Shown here piece after piece: positions 60,614-64,000 of a stretch of DNA of 64,000 nucleotides. Numbering within the stretch: position 1 is the first letter of the stretch; each line of letters opens with the position of its first letter. The translations under genes and the position numbers were made by a program. Origin of the DNA: Verrucomicrobiota bacterium. GTDB lineage: Bacteria; Verrucomicrobiota; Verrucomicrobiia; Limisphaerales; AAA164-E04. A model generated the notes under the pieces. It was not told where the DNA came from, did not search any database, and was given only the letters and a program-made list of their open reading frames with translations. The DNA lies in contig CP170459.1 in NCBI GenBank assembly GCA_047947115.1, positions 4,448,001 to 4,512,000 on the forward strand, read 5' to 3'.

Positions 60614-61957
60614 GTGAAACGAAACATTCAAAACCATTTCAATACATTCATCCTGTTGAGGTTAACAATTCTATTCCCTCTCAACGGATCCGCGGCATTG
60701 AATATGACGGAGGCTTTTGATTTTCTCTCAACCCAAAACCCAACCATTCAGGAAGCCGTCCACCGCATAGAAGCCTCAAAGGCTCAGCTGCAAGCTGCAA
60801 AATCAGCCTATAAGCCGAATTGGACTCTCAGGTCATCCTACATGGGTTCGGACAACCCCATCCAAGTTTTTGGAGCCATCCTCAACCAGAGCGCATTCAC
60901 CCCTGGATTGGATTTCAACAACGTCCCCACGGTGGACAATCTAAATCTTCAAAGCATGTTGACCTATCCAGTATTTACAGGAGGCCGGCGGAGAGCAAAT
61001 CTTGCGGCGGCACAATCCCATCAGCGGGCAGCTGAATGGGCCAGTCAAGCTGTCGAACAGCAACTGCAGTTGAGCGTCACAGAAGTGATGATGGATGTCA
61101 TCAAAGCTCGGTCTCTGGTCCAAACAGCAGGTCAGGCGGTTCAATCAATGGAATCCAATCTCAAGTTGACCCAGCGAAGAAAGGAAGTCGGGACCGCATT
61201 GGAGCAAGATGTGTTGGATGTACAAGTCAAACTTTCGGATGCAAGGGTGGCGGACCTTCAAGCCCAAAACATGTTAAACCTGACCATGGCTTCCCTGCGT
61301 ATGCTCCTGGCCTGGCCGGAGGACCAAGCCCTGGAGGTGGCCGAAAAGATAGAAGAAATCGTTTCACCCGACGCGAACAGGTCCATACAACGAGCCGAGA
61401 GACTCGCGGCACAGGCTCAAACAAACTCAGCCAGGAAACAATTTCAAGCCACAAAGGCCGAAACCCGACCAAAGGTCCAACTATTCGGAAGCTACGACGC
61501 CAATCATGGTTGGAAAACGGGAGAATCTCTGGGCAGTTGGACAGCGGGGATCGCCATGGAATGGTCTTTGTGGAGCGGCGGCATCAACAAAGCGAAAAGA
61601 GACAAAGCTCTGTCTGACATGCGGGCCTCGGAATCCAGGGAGGAAACGCTGCGTTTACAGCATCAATTTGAAATTCAAAAAGCGAAACTGGAATTGGCGG
61701 AAGCGCGCTTACGATCGAAAATGGCGCAAGAAACAGTCCATTTGGCAGAAGAAAGTCTTCGATTGACACGAAACAGATTTGAACAAGGTCTGGGTATCGT
61801 CAACCAATTACTTGATGCGGAAACCGCCCACACCAAAGCCAAAATGGATGCCACACATGCAAAAATTGAAACAGAACTAGCCACCGCACGTCTACGCCAC
61901 GCCCTCGGTCTACCCATCCTGGAAACAACTCCCAACATCACTTCAGAAGATGAATAA
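60614..61957 (+). CDS. TolC family outer-membrane factor of an RND efflux system
   Basis: QNPTIQEA, YPVFTGG, RP.VQL, AEESLRLTRNRFEQG..LLDAE. First gene of the tolC-MFP-RND operon. Confidence 0.9.
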   Translation: MKRNIQNHFNTFILLRLTILFPLNGSAALNMTEAFDFLSTQNPTIQEAVHRIEASKAQLQAAKSAYKPNWTLRSSYMGSDNPIQVFGAILNQSAFTPGLDFNNVPTVDNLNLQSMLTYPVFTGGRRRANLAAAQSHQRAAEWASQAVEQQLQLSVTEVMMDVIKARSLVQTAGQAVQSMESNLKLTQRRKEVGTALEQDVLDVQVKLSDARVADLQAQNMLNLTMASLRMLLAWPEDQALEVAEKIEEIVSPDANRSIQRAERLAAQAQTNSARKQFQATKAETRPKVQLFGSYDANHGWKTGESLGSWTAGIAMEWSLWSGGINKAKRDKALSDMRASESREETLRLQHQFEIQKAKLELAEARLRSKMAQETVHLAEESLRLTRNRFEQGLGIVNQLLDAETAHTKAKMDATHAKIETELATARLRHALGLPILETTPNITSEDE

Positions 61958-63191
61958 CACCCCTAAAAATAAAAGCAGTCTTCCAAAAGCCCCCTTCCGC
62001 GTTCACCCGGAACTTTTCAAGGCAGATTGCGTCGTTTCGACGTGCAACCCTTGTGGCTCGCGCCCCCTGCATCTGCCCCCCCAAAGTGACCGCACCAGTC
62101 AGCCATCGACAGGCGTCCGCATGACTGACGCTCGCGGGCGGATCGAAGCAACCCGATCCCCCCACCTGCTGATCGCATTTGCCTCGTTTCTACTTGGCAT
62201 ACTCACAGCCTGCCATTCCGAGAAAGACACCTCGCCGCAAGCGAATAAAGCCCTACTCTCCCCCATCCCCGTGTCCGTCACGGAAATCAAGAAGCAAAGC
62301 ATCACACTGAGCACTGCCCACATGGGAACGGTTCAAACAACCCGACGCGCCATCGTACCATCCAGACTGCATGCCAACATAGACGCTGTCCTGGTCAAAG
62401 TCGGACAAGCCGTCAAACAAGGCGAACGACTGGTCCAATTGGATGACCGAGAGTTGAAAACCGCGGTTGACCAGGCTCGGGCAGAATACGAAAGAGCTCA
62501 AGCCGACTGGAATCGTTATCGGTCCTTGCTGTCAGAAAAATCCGTCACGCAGAGAGAAGCCGATCAAGTCCGATCCATCTTTGAAAGCGCCAAGGCAAAT
62601 CTTGCCGCAGCTGAAACCCGACTCGACCATGCATCAGTCAAAGCCCCCTTCAAAGGCATCATCGAGCAAGTCAACGTAGAACCTGGTGAAGGCATCGGCG
62701 CGGGACAGGCTCTGTTGTCCATCGAAGCTCCGGATCACATGGAAATAACCACACAACTCCCACTGCATGGTGTCGGCAACCTGAAAATCGGGACTCCTTT
62801 AACATTCACCACCACCTCCGGCGGCATTCAGGGAGAAGCAACGATCACTGAGCAGGCAAATGTCGCGGATCCAATGACTCGTACAGTGACCGTCATCCTT
62901 CAGATCCAATCGCCAAAGAACATTCAATCCGGCGACGTCGTCCGTGTCTGGGTGCCTTCCGAACCGATGCAAGGCATTTGGATTCCTTCGGCATCCATCC
63001 AGGTGAAAGGACAGATGGAATATGTCTATTTGGTCCATGATTCCAAAGCAGCCATGCGACTGGTGAAGTCAGGCAGAAAGCAATCAGGCGAGGATCTTGT
63101 CCAAATCACATCAGGCCTGAAGGAAGGTGACATCCTGATCAATTCCCCATCGAAAGCCATGGTCGATGGTCACCCGATCACTCTTCAATGA
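61950..63191 (+). CDS. RND efflux periplasmic adaptor (membrane fusion protein)
   Basis: Lipobox-like LTAC, V..GQAVKQGE.LVQLD, VKAPFKG, ADPMTRT, SGLKEGD. The true start may be 62121. Confidence 0.9.
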   Translation: MNNTPKNKSSLPKAPFRVHPELFKADCVVSTCNPCGSRPLHLPPQSDRTSQPSTGVRMTDARGRIEATRSPHLLIAFASFLLGILTACHSEKDTSPQANKALLSPIPVSVTEIKKQSITLSTAHMGTVQTTRRAIVPSRLHANIDAVLVKVGQAVKQGERLVQLDDRELKTAVDQARAEYERAQADWNRYRSLLSEKSVTQREADQVRSIFESAKANLAAAETRLDHASVKAPFKGIIEQVNVEPGEGIGAGQALLSIEAPDHMEITTQLPLHGVGNLKIGTPLTFTTTSGGIQGEATITEQANVADPMTRTVTVILQIQSPKNIQSGDVVRVWVPSEPMQGIWIPSASIQVKGQMEYVYLVHDSKAAMRLVKSGRKQSGEDLVQITSGLKEGDILINSPSKAMVDGHPITLQ

Positions 63192-63216
63192 ACCATCGAA
63201 TCTACCCGACCAAACC

Positions 63217-64000
63217 ATGAGTCAACCACTGAAAAACGATCCCTCCCCCCAGGAACATTCCCTTGGACTGGCCGGGCGCATGGCGCAGGCTTTCATTGAT
63301 TCGAAGCTCACGCCATTGATCATCCTGACTTCGATTCTGCTGGGATTGGCGGCCATTGTCCTGCTGCCTCGTGAAGAAGAACCTCAAATCATCGTTCCCA
63401 TGGTGGATGTCATGGTATCCATGCCCGGATTCAGCGCCCGGGAAGTGGAACAACGCGCCACACGCCCGATGGAGAAGCTCCTTTGGGAAATCCCCGGAGT
63501 GGAATACATCTACTCCACCAGCCAACACGGTCAGAGTCTGGTTATTGTGCGGTTCAAGGTCGGAGAAGACATCGAGGATTCCCTGGTCAAACTCAATCAA
63601 AAACTGCAATCGAATTTTGACCGTATTCCACCCGGCGTTCGGCATCCCCTGATCAAACCGCGCTCCATCGACGATGTCCCCATTCTGGCGCTGACTTTGC
63701 ATGGAGGGAATTACGATCACGAGGCCCTGCGGCGTGTGGCTTCACAACTCGAGGAGCACATCAAGCAAGCCCCTCAGGTGGGAGAAACCACATTGATAGG
63801 CGGCGCCAAAAGAACGATTCGCATCCTGATCGACCCCGCAGAACTTGAAGCACGCGGTTTGACGCTCGCAGACTTGCCGCCTGCCATTCAAGTCGCCAAC
63901 CAACAGGAACTCCACGGAGAACTCACCCCAAACCTTTCGGCCACGCTTGTTGAAACAGGTGGCTTTCTAAATTCACTCACTGACGTGGAGTCCATCTTGC
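63217..64000 (+). CDS. RND efflux permease (AcrB/CzcA family), 3' truncated by the window
   Basis: Manual translation from the ATG at 63217: MSQPLKND...GLAGRMAQAFIDSKLTPL...LPREEEPQIIVPMVDV...PMEKLLWEIPGVEYIYS...SIDDVPIL. Confidence 0.92.
   Translation, partial: MSQPLKNDPSPQEHSLGLAGRMAQAFIDSKLTPLIILTSILLGLAAIVLLPREEEPQIIVPMVDVMVSMPGFSAREVEQRATRPMEKLLWEIPGVEYIYSTSQHGQSLVIVRFKVGEDIEDSLVKLNQKLQSNFDRIPPGVRHPLIKPRSIDDVPILALTLHGGNYDHEALRRVASQLEEHIKQAPQVGETTLIGGAKRTIRILIDPAELEARGLTLADLPPAIQVANQQELHGELTPNLSATLVETGGFLNSLTDVESIL

Overview
A bacterial chromosome segment of moderate GC content. Its gene content points to a Verrucomicrobiota (PVC superphylum) organism: tandem prepilin/H-X9-DG proteins, two DUF1549/DUF1553 + DUF1501 pairs, a giant lamin-tail/CotH protein and Verrucomicrobia-style surface-protein tails. 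This taxonomy is inference. Housekeeping genes are guaB (partial), gpsA, plsY, tig, dinB, clpB, rex, rpoZ, smpB and a carB that encodes only the C-terminal half. The most notable accessory loci are: (1) a tight phosphonate operon, phnW - exported GDPD/PLC-like phosphodiesterase - pbfA - FMN-binding protein, with no phnX or phnY/phnA, which could be a phosphonolipid scavenging route; (2) an outer-membrane beta-barrel pseudogene - YfiR - hybrid histidine kinase module; (3) a crtI/crtN-type desaturase translationally coupled to a UbiB/AarF kinase, behind CarH-like 11-bp repeats; (4) an uncharacterised HAD - deoxyhypusine-synthase-like - RfaE-type kinase operon; (5) a CpxRA-like two-component pair collapsed by an internal deletion, next to a DUF2202 gene with a nonsense codon. 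A DUF1501 gene has a G8 homopolymer frameshift, and a probable IS481-type end remnant lies after smpB. No rRNA, tRNA, tmRNA, CRISPR array or intact transposase was recognised. All calls come from reading the sequence and recognising motifs; no database searches were run.
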